DNA from: Bacillota bacterium | GTDB taxonomy: Bacteria; Bacillota; Clostridia; Lachnospirales; Lachnospiraceae | Assembly: GCA_023415635.1 (NCBI GenBank) | Contig: JAEZJV010000086.1 | Location: 24,195-88,194, forward strand | Direction: 5' to 3' | Length of the DNA: 64,000 nt | Part shown: positions 48,844 through 57,915 of the stretch, in pieces | How the letters are laid out: each line of letters begins with the position of its first letter | How positions within the stretch are numbered: the stretch's first letter is position 1 | The notes under the pieces: model-generated | Database searches by the model: none | What the model was told of the DNA's origin: nothing | Seen by the model: the letters and a program-made list of their open reading frames with translations, nothing else | Made by a program: the position numbers and the translations under genes

Positions 48844-51027
48844 ATGAAAGCCAAACAAATCTTACTACTCTTTATTATACTCTGTCTATTGTTGACCGGG
48901 TGTAACCGCGGTAATCCTAAATCTACGAAGGAAACCGACTCAAAACCCATGGGGCGTTATATTGAAAAAAGCATTTCTCTCCCAGAATCCTTAAGTGGCG
49001 GTTCTTCGATGTTTTTGACCAAGCGAAACAATCATCCTTATTTACTCGAGACCAAGGAAAGCCCATTCATTCTAAAAGGGTATCAGCTAAATGAAGACGG
49101 AAGCTGGACCGAGGATACCCCGGAGTGGCTGACAAAGCTGTCTCTACAAGCCGGCTGGTCTTATAAACCCAGCTTTATGGAAGATCATAAGGGTAACCAA
49201 TATTTATTTTATAATGAATTGAAGGATAATTCCCTGATCGGTCACCTACTGCGCTCTATCGACGGAATAAATTATGAAGAATTGGCTCCCGAAGGATGGA
49301 GTGAAAAAAATGCGAACGGTAACATTAATATAGCCTCCAAGGTAGCCATTTTAGAGGACGGCACCCTGGTAACTTTATTTATCAATGGAGATGTCATTCT
49401 ATACGACAGTGAGAATTATAAACAGCAGACCAGCATTATGGGGGAGCGCTTTTCTGATAATATTCTCCTACCTCTTGGTAAATCCATTTTGCTTGGCAAA
49501 ACTGATGATAATCAGAAATTAACGAGTATTGAAAGATACGATCTTGAGAATATAAATCAACCTATCAGCTACCCTTATACCGCAGGTTTGGCAGGCTACA
49601 GCTTCTGTGATGGGAATGAGAACGGCGACCTGTTTCTAGCAAATCCTGACGGTATCAACAAGCTGGAAAAGGATACCTCTGTATGGAATATGATCGTTGA
49701 CGGATCACTGACCTCCCTGTCCATGCCGTCCATGTGGCCGATAGGCTTCATTGAAGCTATGGATGAACAATATTATGTATTATATAATACTGAAAACAAC
49801 TCCTGCTTAATGAAATATTCCTATGATGAGACAGTAACTGCTCAGCCTTCTGACCAGCTAACCATCTATTCCCTGGTGGATAATAGCACAATTCGTCAGG
49901 CTGCAGCTATATTGCAGCAGCAAAACCTCGATGTAAAAGTAGATTATACTCCTGCCATGACAGAGGAGGAGTATGCACAGGCTGATGAGGCCGTAATGGA
50001 GGATTATATCCGCTCCTTAAACACAAAGCTTCTTGCAGAAGACAGCTATGATATCCTGATTTTGGATGGACTTCCTGCCGCCTCCTTTTGCGAAAAGGGC
50101 ATTCTGGAGGATATGAGCAGTCTGATCCAACCCATGCTTGATCAAGGTGAACTGATACCCAATATTTTTACTAACTATTATAGTAATGATAAATTATACT
50201 ATATACCGGCGCGCTTCGCATTAAATATGCTTTTCGGTAAGTCAGCGGATATCAATAAGCTTGCCACTCTGGATACGCTAGCAGAATACGCAAAAACAAA
50301 TACGGGAGCAGCACTCTTTGGCAGATGCACAGAAGAGGGTCTGATTGATGCTTTCGCTCCCTATCTCAGTGAAAAAATCCTTAAATCGGACAGAACGATT
50401 GATCGTGAGGCTTTAATTAGTACTTTGGAAGTATTATATTCCATCAGAAAGAACATTGTGATAGACGAAACTTACACAAGTAATTTTCAAAGCATCTGGG
50501 ATTTAATGAAAGATGCTTCTCTATATTACGGTCCGCAGAAAGGCTTTCTGGATTCCATGTTTAACTTTGGTATCATTAGACATATCAATGGTTTTTATAC
50601 TTCCTTTGAGAATTCCTTTACTCCGATCTGCGAGCTGGGTATCAACAGTGAAAGTGACAACAAGGAGCTGGCCAAGAAGTTCGTCAGTCTGGTATTATCC
50701 GAGGAGATACAGAAGAATGATATCTATAACGGTTTCCCTGTAAATGCTAAAGCACTTGAGTATTGCGCCAATGCCGACCGTAGTAATTACAGCACTGCAA
50801 TATCCAGTACAGGGGACGATAAACCCCTTGTTCTCACCGCTCAAACCGAGGATCAGATTAAGGATATTGTCTCCATCTGTAATAAGGTTGACCGAAGATT
50901 AGCCGGAGATCAGCACATTATAGCTGCCTTGAAGGAAGGCTGCCACGAGCTCTTTGCCGGAAATCAGACCTCAGAAGAGGCTGCGGATTCGATAATAGAG
51001 AGGTTAAAGGTATATCTTGCGGAGTAG
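48844..51027 (+). CDS. Large extracellular solute-binding lipoprotein (beta-rich N-terminal domain plus family-1 SBP domain)
   Basis: Lipobox LTGC; about 310 aa beta-rich region; then LTIYSL...DILILDGLP...LEDMS...KLYYIP...GINSES.NKELAKKFV. Confidence 0.8.
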   Translation: MKAKQILLLFIILCLLLTGCNRGNPKSTKETDSKPMGRYIEKSISLPESLSGGSSMFLTKRNNHPYLLETKESPFILKGYQLNEDGSWTEDTPEWLTKLSLQAGWSYKPSFMEDHKGNQYLFYNELKDNSLIGHLLRSIDGINYEELAPEGWSEKNANGNINIASKVAILEDGTLVTLFINGDVILYDSENYKQQTSIMGERFSDNILLPLGKSILLGKTDDNQKLTSIERYDLENINQPISYPYTAGLAGYSFCDGNENGDLFLANPDGINKLEKDTSVWNMIVDGSLTSLSMPSMWPIGFIEAMDEQYYVLYNTENNSCLMKYSYDETVTAQPSDQLTIYSLVDNSTIRQAAAILQQQNLDVKVDYTPAMTEEEYAQADEAVMEDYIRSLNTKLLAEDSYDILILDGLPAASFCEKGILEDMSSLIQPMLDQGELIPNIFTNYYSNDKLYYIPARFALNMLFGKSADINKLATLDTLAEYAKTNTGAALFGRCTEEGLIDAFAPYLSEKILKSDRTIDREALISTLEVLYSIRKNIVIDETYTSNFQSIWDLMKDASLYYGPQKGFLDSMFNFGIIRHINGFYTSFENSFTPICELGINSESDNKELAKKFVSLVLSEEIQKNDIYNGFPVNAKALEYCANADRSNYSTAISSTGDDKPLVLTAQTEDQIKDIVSICNKVDRRLAGDQHIIAALKEGCHELFAGNQTSEEAADSIIERLKVYLAE

Positions 51028-51038
51028 AACTCGCAGCC

Positions 51039-51275
51039 TTACATCGTCTTTGACAGCTCGGTCAGCTCTTCAAACATTTCTTTATCAGAAGCTGTAACTT
51101 TGATATTCGTGCTGAGAGTCTTTCCTTCCGGAGTCGTAATATTGACTTCGATTACAGTTCCCTCTGCAATCCCCGTATTTTGTACGGCATTGATGAATTG
51201 CGGGAATTTGGGATGATTTTGTGTAAACTTATTCCAATAACTTTTTATCTTTAATATTTTAGCCGGATTTAACAT
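51039..51275 (-). CDS. Small hypothetical protein (78 aa)
   Basis: Strong AAGGAGG RBS; globular-looking sequence (NHPKFP.F, EGTVIE). Confidence 0.75.
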   Translation of the reverse strand: MLNPAKILKIKSYWNKFTQNHPKFPQFINAVQNTGIAEGTVIEVNITTPEGKTLSTNIKVTASDKEMFEELTELSKTM

Positions 51276-51547
51276 CGCTTCCTCCTTACAAGTGTTCCTT
51301 CATAGTAACATATTATATTGTACCCACTTTTATTAAATCAGTAAAGTCTAATAGAATCTCCCATAATAATGAATTAGAACAGTCTCACTAATGTGAGGCT
51401 GTTCTCTCAATAACAAAACCTTCTGCTCCTCTTCCTTCTGTCTGTGTCAGCCTTCTTGGTAATCAAAAAAGCAGCCACCGTTCCTTCATGAGCTGGTGTC
51501 TGCTTATAGCTATATAGCTGATCCTACGCTTAGCTGTAATGGTATCC

Positions 51548-52204
51548 TTACAATCTTTGCTCTTTACTCAGCTTTTCCCCTTCTGAATTCGTAAGTCTAT
51601 CTATCTGTTGTACCACATATTTCCCTATCGTTTCGTTTGGTTCATCGAATTCACAGCCGTACAGATAACCCGTTCCGTTTTTAAACTCATCCGTCCGAGC
51701 GATAAATCCTACCAGCTTTTCTTGTTTATTATATAATTTAAAGGATATCTCTATTTTGGCTGTCTCTTCCACCTTATGACGGCTCAGAATTCCCATCCCG
51801 TTAGCACTGAGATCCTTTAGAATACATTGAAGCTCTTCTTCTGTTCCATCTGCCTTGATAATTTTAGCCACAATATTAACGCCCAGATAAAGTCGATACG
51901 ATTTTCTATTGTTGACTATCTGGGCTTCCTTATCAGATTGTACGGCATATAGCTTCTGGCCATTTAAGGATAGAGATCTGAGATTGACATTATGGAAGGT
52001 ATATAGTCCGGCATCAGTCCGATAGACCAGATTGACACTGAGAAGCTTTGAAGCCGGAACGGTCTTACCTGAGCTTTTCAGCGCCGATACATAAACCGTA
52101 TTCCCATATTTATAAAGTAGACCCACACCTACCTTATGCCTGATCCCCATATAATAAAATCTTAATTCAACCACAGTGCTCACTGGTATCTCAAAAATTT
52201 TCAT
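51548..52204 (-). CDS. PilZ-domain c-di-GMP receptor (YcgR/MotI-like)
   Basis: RKSYR (RxxxR) and DLSANG (DxSxxG), YGCEF. Confidence 0.85.
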   Translation of the reverse strand: MKIFEIPVSTVVELRFYYMGIRHKVGVGLLYKYGNTVYVSALKSSGKTVPASKLLSVNLVYRTDAGLYTFHNVNLRSLSLNGQKLYAVQSDKEAQIVNNRKSYRLYLGVNIVAKIIKADGTEEELQCILKDLSANGMGILSRHKVEETAKIEISFKLYNKQEKLVGFIARTDEFKNGTGYLYGCEFDEPNETIGKYVVQQIDRLTNSEGEKLSKEQRL

Positions 52205-52387
52205 AAGAGACCTTCCCATTTTCTTCAGTATTCTGTTCTTAAGAATGGTATCGTAACATCTCAAATAATATTATAAGGTGAACTGCTATCATGGAAATTA
52301 GTATACCACGATTTTCCATATTCAACAATCATTTTTGCGGGATGAAATCAATTAAAATTGTATAATTTAATCATTCTTATTATTTCC

Positions 52388-53269
52388 TCAGTCATTAGAA
52401 AATCTTGCTAATGACATAATCGAAATACATCCCAGGATAAAAGTAGCTATAGACAGGATCACGGTGGCTATCCACCAGATGGCATTCGCATTCTGCGGAA
52501 TCGAAGGTACAATCTTATCACGGAATATCTCAAAGGTTGAGCCGAGAACAAAGCCGATTATCATACAATAGGTCTGGCGGGGAAATTTATTCATTGTCCA
52601 TTCCAGCGGCTTTGTAATCAGGAATATCCCGATTACCGTCACTATGCCAAGAATACCGATATAAATGATATCGAATTGCGTAATCGCCAACAACAGACTA
52701 TCATACATGCCAAGTACCAAAAGCATATGGGAGGTACTAATCCCCGGGAGGACGAGTGCCAAAGCAATTATAACTCCTGTTACCAGCAGCATCAGATAGT
52801 GTGCCAATCCTGATCCGGAGCTGATGCTTAGGTTGCCTGTAGGAATGAAGCCGATTGAAACCACGACAATCAAACCCAATAAGAAATAGGCAAAAGAAGA
52901 AAACCTGATCGGAGCTGCCTTAGTCTTCTTATACAGGGCAGGAATTCCTCCGATAACTGCTCCAAGAAAGAAGAAGGATACCGGCAGCGGGAATTTTTCC
53001 AAAAGCCATTTAATCACAAAGGCAAGGGAACCAATGCCCACTCCTGCGCCAATACAGAACTTAATAAGAAAAACAAGGTTATGCTTTATATCCTTTAGAA
53101 AATTACTGATAGCACCTATCAATTTATCGTATATCCCTAGTAAAATTGCCATTGTACCGCCACTCACACCGGGTACACTCATGGATGAGCCGATAATGAA
53201 GCCCTTCAGCATGATAATCAAATCATTTCTAAACTTTCCCTTCATAAATACCAAAGATACCGATACCAT
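52388..53269 (-). CDS. DUF368-family membrane protein (putative undecaprenyl-phosphate translocase)
   Basis: VPGVSGGTMAILLGIYD and LPGISTS repeats; multiple TMs. Confidence 0.9.
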   Translation of the reverse strand: MVSVSLVFMKGKFRNDLIIMLKGFIIGSSMSVPGVSGGTMAILLGIYDKLIGAISNFLKDIKHNLVFLIKFCIGAGVGIGSLAFVIKWLLEKFPLPVSFFFLGAVIGGIPALYKKTKAAPIRFSSFAYFLLGLIVVVSIGFIPTGNLSISSGSGLAHYLMLLVTGVIIALALVLPGISTSHMLLVLGMYDSLLLAITQFDIIYIGILGIVTVIGIFLITKPLEWTMNKFPRQTYCMIIGFVLGSTFEIFRDKIVPSIPQNANAIWWIATVILSIATFILGCISIMSLARFSND

Positions 53270-53439
53270 CGGTTATCTTTACTCCTTTCCCATTCTGTAC
53301 TTCATTACAGTACAATAAAAAGTATAGTATGAATCATCATTTCTGTAAAGAGCTTACAACCTCATTTTATCTTTATCAGTATGCGGTATTTCTGCCTATT
53401 GCCTTATTATAATGTATAAAAAGAGCAGATCCCCGGATA

Positions 53440-53483
53440 GGGACTGACCCCATAAGTCAGTATTAAATTCGACTTATGGGGTC
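53440..53483. repeat. Hairpin resembling juxtaposed IS3/IS150-type terminal repeats; may act as a terminator
   Basis: GGGACT-GACCCCATAAGTC-N12-GACTTATGGGGTC, 13-bp perfect arms. Confidence 0.55.
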
Positions 53484-53515
53484 CTATTCTCCTGCTGTTA
53501 GGTTTTATATTCCTT

Positions 53516-55000
53516 CTATATCTTGCCCTGGAATACTGTGTTTGTATCCTTACACAAAAATTGTACTGCCTGGCGCCCCATCATAGCTGCACTGGGCAAT
53601 CCTCCGGGCGGCATTAGGCGATGACTGGCAAAGTATACCTTTTGTATGCCCTCAGGCTTGGAAGGATAAGAGATCCTTTTCTTGCCCTTACCAGTTAGCG
53701 TCATCCAGGATCCCTTATAGGAACGAAGATAGCGTTCGTAGGTCAACGGAGTGGCTACATCCCATACCGCAACCTTTCCTGCGATCTTTGGAAATCTCTT
53801 GGATAATGCCTCGATATAGTTTTGGGCCAGCTTCTCTTTCTCAGCTTCATAGGTTCCATCCTCCTTGCACTTCTTCCAGAAAGCATAGCTGTCTCCGATA
53901 CAAAACATCGTAATTGCAGTACAGCCCTTCGGTGCATAGCCTGTATAACCGGAATAGTTGTACAGTCCGATGGAGGTTACAGGAATATCTCCGCAATAAA
54001 AAGGCTTCTCTAATTGAAATGTCACACTTTCGGGAAGATCTGATAATTCCTCCTCCACACCCAAACAGATAAAGGTATCCATCTGAGGAACGGTAACCTT
54101 CCGCATGGTTTCTGCCCACTCTTCATGTATCGGCTTTTCAAAAAGCTGATCGATTGCAGCCAGTGCATCCTGAGCGATAATAACAGCATCGGCTTCCATT
54201 AATTTCCCGTCAAGAAGCACCCCAACAGCAGTACCATCCTTTACCTTAACCCGATCAACAGATTTGCTATATTCAATCCTGCCACCCAGTTTCTGAAAGG
54301 TGTCTGCAATACGCTCTGCCATACCCAGGGAACCGCCCTCAGGATAGCCACCATCACCGGAAAGAAATGTAGCCAAGGTAAATACCAGGCTGCTGGCATT
54401 GAACTCTGCTCCGATGATTGATTTAAGAAATCCTCTAAGAACCGGATTCTGAAATCTTTTTGAATACTCCTCTATTGTTTGATTTGAATAAAAGCTTATA
54501 CGAGGTACAGCCGGCATGATACGAAGCAAAGAAGACATATTCATCTTCTTTTTATTTCTGACCTTGACACCTTTGATATCCATAATCGGCATCTGTATCT
54601 GTGTAAACTTCTTTAAGTCTTTGCAAAAGCTATTAATCTCCTTTTCATCCTCCGGAAACAGCCCCAGAAGATGACTGTGAAATTTCTCCAGCTTCCTGTA
54701 AACACATACCGTTTTACCCTTATCCTCATAGGTGAAAAAGGGATCTTTATTATAAATCGGTGTAGAAGGATTTATAGCTCCGATCTCTCTCCAAAGCTCG
54801 TATAGAGACGTTGTCGGTGATGAACCTGTGAGCCAGTGCATCCCTCCTTCAAATAGGTACCCTTTTCTTCTCCAACTTGTGGATGCTCCGCCGGGAATGG
54901 TATGCTGTTCATAAATCGTTACATCAAAACCGCTTTGTACAGCATAGATACCTGCCGTCAGCCCGGCAATCCCCGCCCCTACAATAATTACTTTCTTCAT
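53516..55000 (-). CDS. FAD-dependent oxidoreductase, phytoene desaturase/CrtI-like family
   Basis: GAGIAG Rossmann motif, PGG...W.RKGY.FEGG.HW, YPEGGS, DVATPLTYERY, PPGGLP. Confidence 0.85.
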   Translation of the reverse strand: MKKVIIVGAGIAGLTAGIYAVQSGFDVTIYEQHTIPGGASTSWRRKGYLFEGGMHWLTGSSPTTSLYELWREIGAINPSTPIYNKDPFFTYEDKGKTVCVYRKLEKFHSHLLGLFPEDEKEINSFCKDLKKFTQIQMPIMDIKGVKVRNKKKMNMSSLLRIMPAVPRISFYSNQTIEEYSKRFQNPVLRGFLKSIIGAEFNASSLVFTLATFLSGDGGYPEGGSLGMAERIADTFQKLGGRIEYSKSVDRVKVKDGTAVGVLLDGKLMEADAVIIAQDALAAIDQLFEKPIHEEWAETMRKVTVPQMDTFICLGVEEELSDLPESVTFQLEKPFYCGDIPVTSIGLYNYSGYTGYAPKGCTAITMFCIGDSYAFWKKCKEDGTYEAEKEKLAQNYIEALSKRFPKIAGKVAVWDVATPLTYERYLRSYKGSWMTLTGKGKKRISYPSKPEGIQKVYFASHRLMPPGGLPSAAMMGRQAVQFLCKDTNTVFQGKI

Positions 55001-55001
55001 G

Positions 55002-55577
55002 TTATCTCCCCCTTATCATATCAATGATCCAATCACACTTTGGGTATGGAGTACAGGGATTCAAGGCTATCATCTCAGCAATCCCCTGAATAGCACACCA
55101 ATAGGTTATACTTAAAGCATACGGGTCTCCTTCACGAATTGTCCCGTTTTCCTGTCCCTTCTTCATTATTCTGGCAGTCGGTGTAAATATATCAAAATCC
55201 TTCATCAGGTTTTTAACCGACTGCGGTGCCCCCTCGTTGTAATGCACCTGGCTCATCAACACAAACATCTTTGCACCGAAGGGTTCTGCCAGAGCGTAGT
55301 TAAATATCTGTTCCGTACAGCTTTTAAAGAATTCCAGAGGCTCCATCTCCGTATCCGTCATCATTCCCATCGGTCCTGAGATGCCGAGCTTCACCAATTC
55401 CTCATATAGCTTCTCCTTTGTCTCAAAATAGTGAAATAGCAACCCAACACTCATTCCCACCTGATCAGCTATATCCTTAATCTTAGTAGCTGAGTAACCC
55501 TTACGAATGAATAAATCCAAGCCTGCCTTTAGTATCTCCTGTCTGCGTTTTTCTTTCTGTTGCTCACGAACTCCCAT
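55002..55577 (-). CDS. TetR/AcrR-family regulator
   Basis: LFIRKGYSATKIKDIA...SVGLLFHYFETKE. Confidence 0.94.
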   Translation of the reverse strand: MGVREQQKEKRRQEILKAGLDLFIRKGYSATKIKDIADQVGMSVGLLFHYFETKEKLYEELVKLGISGPMGMMTDTEMEPLEFFKSCTEQIFNYALAEPFGAKMFVLMSQVHYNEGAPQSVKNLMKDFDIFTPTARIMKKGQENGTIREGDPYALSITYWCAIQGIAEMIALNPCTPYPKCDWIIDMIRGR

Positions 55578-55594
55578 TTGTTGAACTCCAGTTC

Positions 55595-55641
55595 ATTGAA
55601 TTTATATTCAATATAATATTCCATAAAATTCTATCTGTCAA
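55595..55641 (-). promoter_or_regulatory. Sigma-A promoter and palindromic TetR operator
   Basis: Minus strand TTGACA-N17-TATTAT; ATTGAAT-N4-ATTCAAT at 55595-55612 immediately downstream of the -10. Confidence 0.75.
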
Positions 55642-55688
55642 TAACTTTTTTATTTTACAACATTATTTAAATATCAGATCAAAGATAA

Positions 55689-55719
55689 AAAGTCCGGAGC
55701 TCATCTCATTCCGGACTTT
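55689..55719 (-). terminator. Intrinsic terminator
   Basis: AAAGTCCGGA...TCCGGACTTT stem ending in a T-run on the minus strand. Confidence 0.7.
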
Positions 55720-55842
55720 GATACTTATTTATATTAGATCATCATAAGGTGGAACCTCCTCTGTCTGGATTCAGGTGATTCTCCTCTTCTACCCGACTCC
55801 TCTCCCTTCAGATACTCTGCCAGATGATGACTTATTCACCAA

Positions 55843-56307
55843 TCATCTTCTGATTTCCTTCATCATCAGATGCTCATTTACTCCCTGCTTGTATAAATTC
55901 GGGATTATACCAATCTCCCGGTAGCCGATGCTTTCATAAAGCTGCTTCGCTCTTGGATTAAAGTCGGCAACCACGAGAAATGCCTTCTCTGAATCCTGTG
56001 ATATGACAGTTTCAAAGAAACCGAGCAGCTTTTTTCCTATTCCGCAGCCCCTGTATTGCTCCTTCACAGCGATAATATGCAGATAGGGAAAGCTGTGAAA
56101 CGCTCCGTTCGGTAGGTACCAGAGAAAACCCAGACATTCCTCCTTGTTAATTGCAAGGTAAAACTCTCCCTTGGAATAACCCTCCAAAACAGCTCGTCTC
56201 GCCTTTTCCTCATCCGGAAAATAAACTCTGCCAAGCTCAGATTTATGTAGCGCCTGAACACAGTCCTCCTGATAACGGCCTTCCGCCTTCATAATTTTAA
56301 CATCCAT
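55843..56307 (-). CDS. GNAT acetyltransferase
   Basis: IAV.EQYRGCGIG, N..AKQLYESIGY. Confidence 0.9.
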   Translation of the reverse strand: MDVKIMKAEGRYQEDCVQALHKSELGRVYFPDEEKARRAVLEGYSKGEFYLAINKEECLGFLWYLPNGAFHSFPYLHIIAVKEQYRGCGIGKKLLGFFETVISQDSEKAFLVVADFNPRAKQLYESIGYREIGIIPNLYKQGVNEHLMMKEIRR

Positions 56308-56334
56308 AGTATCTATACTCCAATCTGCAATTCA

Positions 56335-57837
56335 TCATTCCACAATCACTCTTCCATTTTTATCAAAGGCTATATCAAACTGCTTGCAGTATCCGTTAAT
56401 CTTCTTAAGAATCCGCTTTTTCTCGCTGCCTGTTGCAGGTGTGGGCTGATAATTATTCTTATTGCTTACCGAGGATACAGAACACGGAATAATTCGTACC
56501 TGATCATCCGGAAGTAATTGATCATTGTGGAAGGTAAAGGTCTGCTGATAGATCATCGTATCCTTATCCGGTGGGTTCGTATTACCACCGAAGCAAAAAT
56601 TGCCCAGAGAATAGACAATATAAGCATCCTTATATTTTTCCACAGGCTGAAGCACATGGGGATGATGACCGAGCACGAGGTCGGCACCTCCTTCATCAAT
56701 CGCAATCCTACTCAAATCCTTCTGAGCCTTCGTGATAGCACTGGTACGTTCAATGCCCCAATGGAAGCTGACAATTACCAGCTCCGGCTTTTCCTTCTTC
56801 AGATTCTGAATTGCTTTTTGCAATACAGCTGCAGCATCGCCCCTTCCCGTCTCCTGCACGGATATCATGCCTATCTTGATTCCCTTAACCTCATATACTC
56901 CGACTTTGGAATACGAGCTATAAGCAATCTTCGCTTTCTCAAAGCTCCGTATTGTATCCGTATAGCTGATTTCACCGTAATCTCTAACATGATTATTAGC
57001 AAAGGCCACCGCTTCAACAGAGCCCTCCTTTAAAATATTGATATAGGAGGGCTTTCCGCGGAATGCCCATTGCTTCTCTACCCTATTACCACGATTGCTC
57101 AGAGTTCCTTCAAAGTTAACAATAGTCATGTCGTCCTGGGCAAAGAAGGTTTTTACGTTTTTGAAGAAATAGGAATCATCCTTCTGTTTATTATATACGG
57201 AGAAAAAATTCCGGTCTGCATACTGCTTGATATCACTTGAGAAGGTACAGTCTCCTGCCGCACTGATGGTAATCGACACATCCTTTGTAACCGTAACCCT
57301 GCAGACACTCTTTGCCTTTCCGAGTGTTACGGTAATCTTCGCTTCTCCGTAATGCACGGCCTTAACCAAACCCTTATCAGATACTGTAATGATGTTCTTA
57401 TTACTGCTTTTAAACTGCAGCCTCTCTCCCGAAAGATTTTGCTCTGTCAATGTCACCTTCAACTGATGGCTTTTTCCCTGTGCCAGAGTAATATTCTCAT
57501 CCTTTAAAAGGATAGTGCCGTTATACTCCCTCGGCTCAACGACTATCGGTGTAGCCTCAGGTGTCGGCATAGTATCGGGAGTCGGTGTAGCCTCAGGTGT
57601 CGGTATTGTATCGGGAGTCGGAGTAGCCTCAGGTGTCGGTATTGTATCAGGAGTAGGTGTAACCTCAGGTGTCGGCATTGCTTGCGGTGCCGATGTTCCA
57701 CCTACGCTCTGTAGCTGTAATGCCCCTGATAATTCCTGGGCCTTGACCGAGCTCTGATACCGGGTATCAAAGCTTAATTCCTGAGTAAGGATGATAATGA
57801 AAGTCAATAATATGCATAGAATCCGTCTATGTTTCAT
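56335..57837 (-). CDS. CapA/PgsA-family metallophosphatase-fold protein with Pro/Thr linker and Ig-like domain
   Basis: Signal peptide; SSNKNIITVS..G.V Ig-like domain; AAGD, NFEG, ANNH, HWG.E, GHHPHV, YSLGNF. Confidence 0.88.
   Translation of the reverse strand: MKHRRILCILLTFIIILTQELSFDTRYQSSVKAQELSGALQLQSVGGTSAPQAMPTPEVTPTPDTIPTPEATPTPDTIPTPEATPTPDTMPTPEATPIVVEPREYNGTILLKDENITLAQGKSHQLKVTLTEQNLSGERLQFKSSNKNIITVSDKGLVKAVHYGEAKITVTLGKAKSVCRVTVTKDVSITISAAGDCTFSSDIKQYADRNFFSVYNKQKDDSYFFKNVKTFFAQDDMTIVNFEGTLSNRGNRVEKQWAFRGKPSYINILKEGSVEAVAFANNHVRDYGEISYTDTIRSFEKAKIAYSSYSKVGVYEVKGIKIGMISVQETGRGDAAAVLQKAIQNLKKEKPELVIVSFHWGIERTSAITKAQKDLSRIAIDEGGADLVLGHHPHVLQPVEKYKDAYIVYSLGNFCFGGNTNPPDKDTMIYQQTFTFHNDQLLPDDQVRIIPCSVSSVSNKNNYQPTPATGSEKKRILKKINGYCKQFDIAFDKNGRVIVE
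57546..57678 (-). repeat. 36-bp coding tandem repeat (PTPEATPTPDT[IM]), about 3.6 copies
   Basis: Visible in both DNA and protein. Confidence 0.9.
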
Positions 57838-57915
57838 GTCTGTTCTCTCCCTTAAGCCGTAAAGCTTTGTCTCTACAGATCTAATCAGTGAGCGCTGCCT
57901 ATATTTTCTTACCCT

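Noticed and set aside
51276..51547. Riboswitch or sRNA in the 270-bp gap with two hairpins
   Set aside because: The hairpins are explained as terminators; no c-di-GMP or other riboswitch consensus was seen here or upstream of the PilZ and MCP genes.
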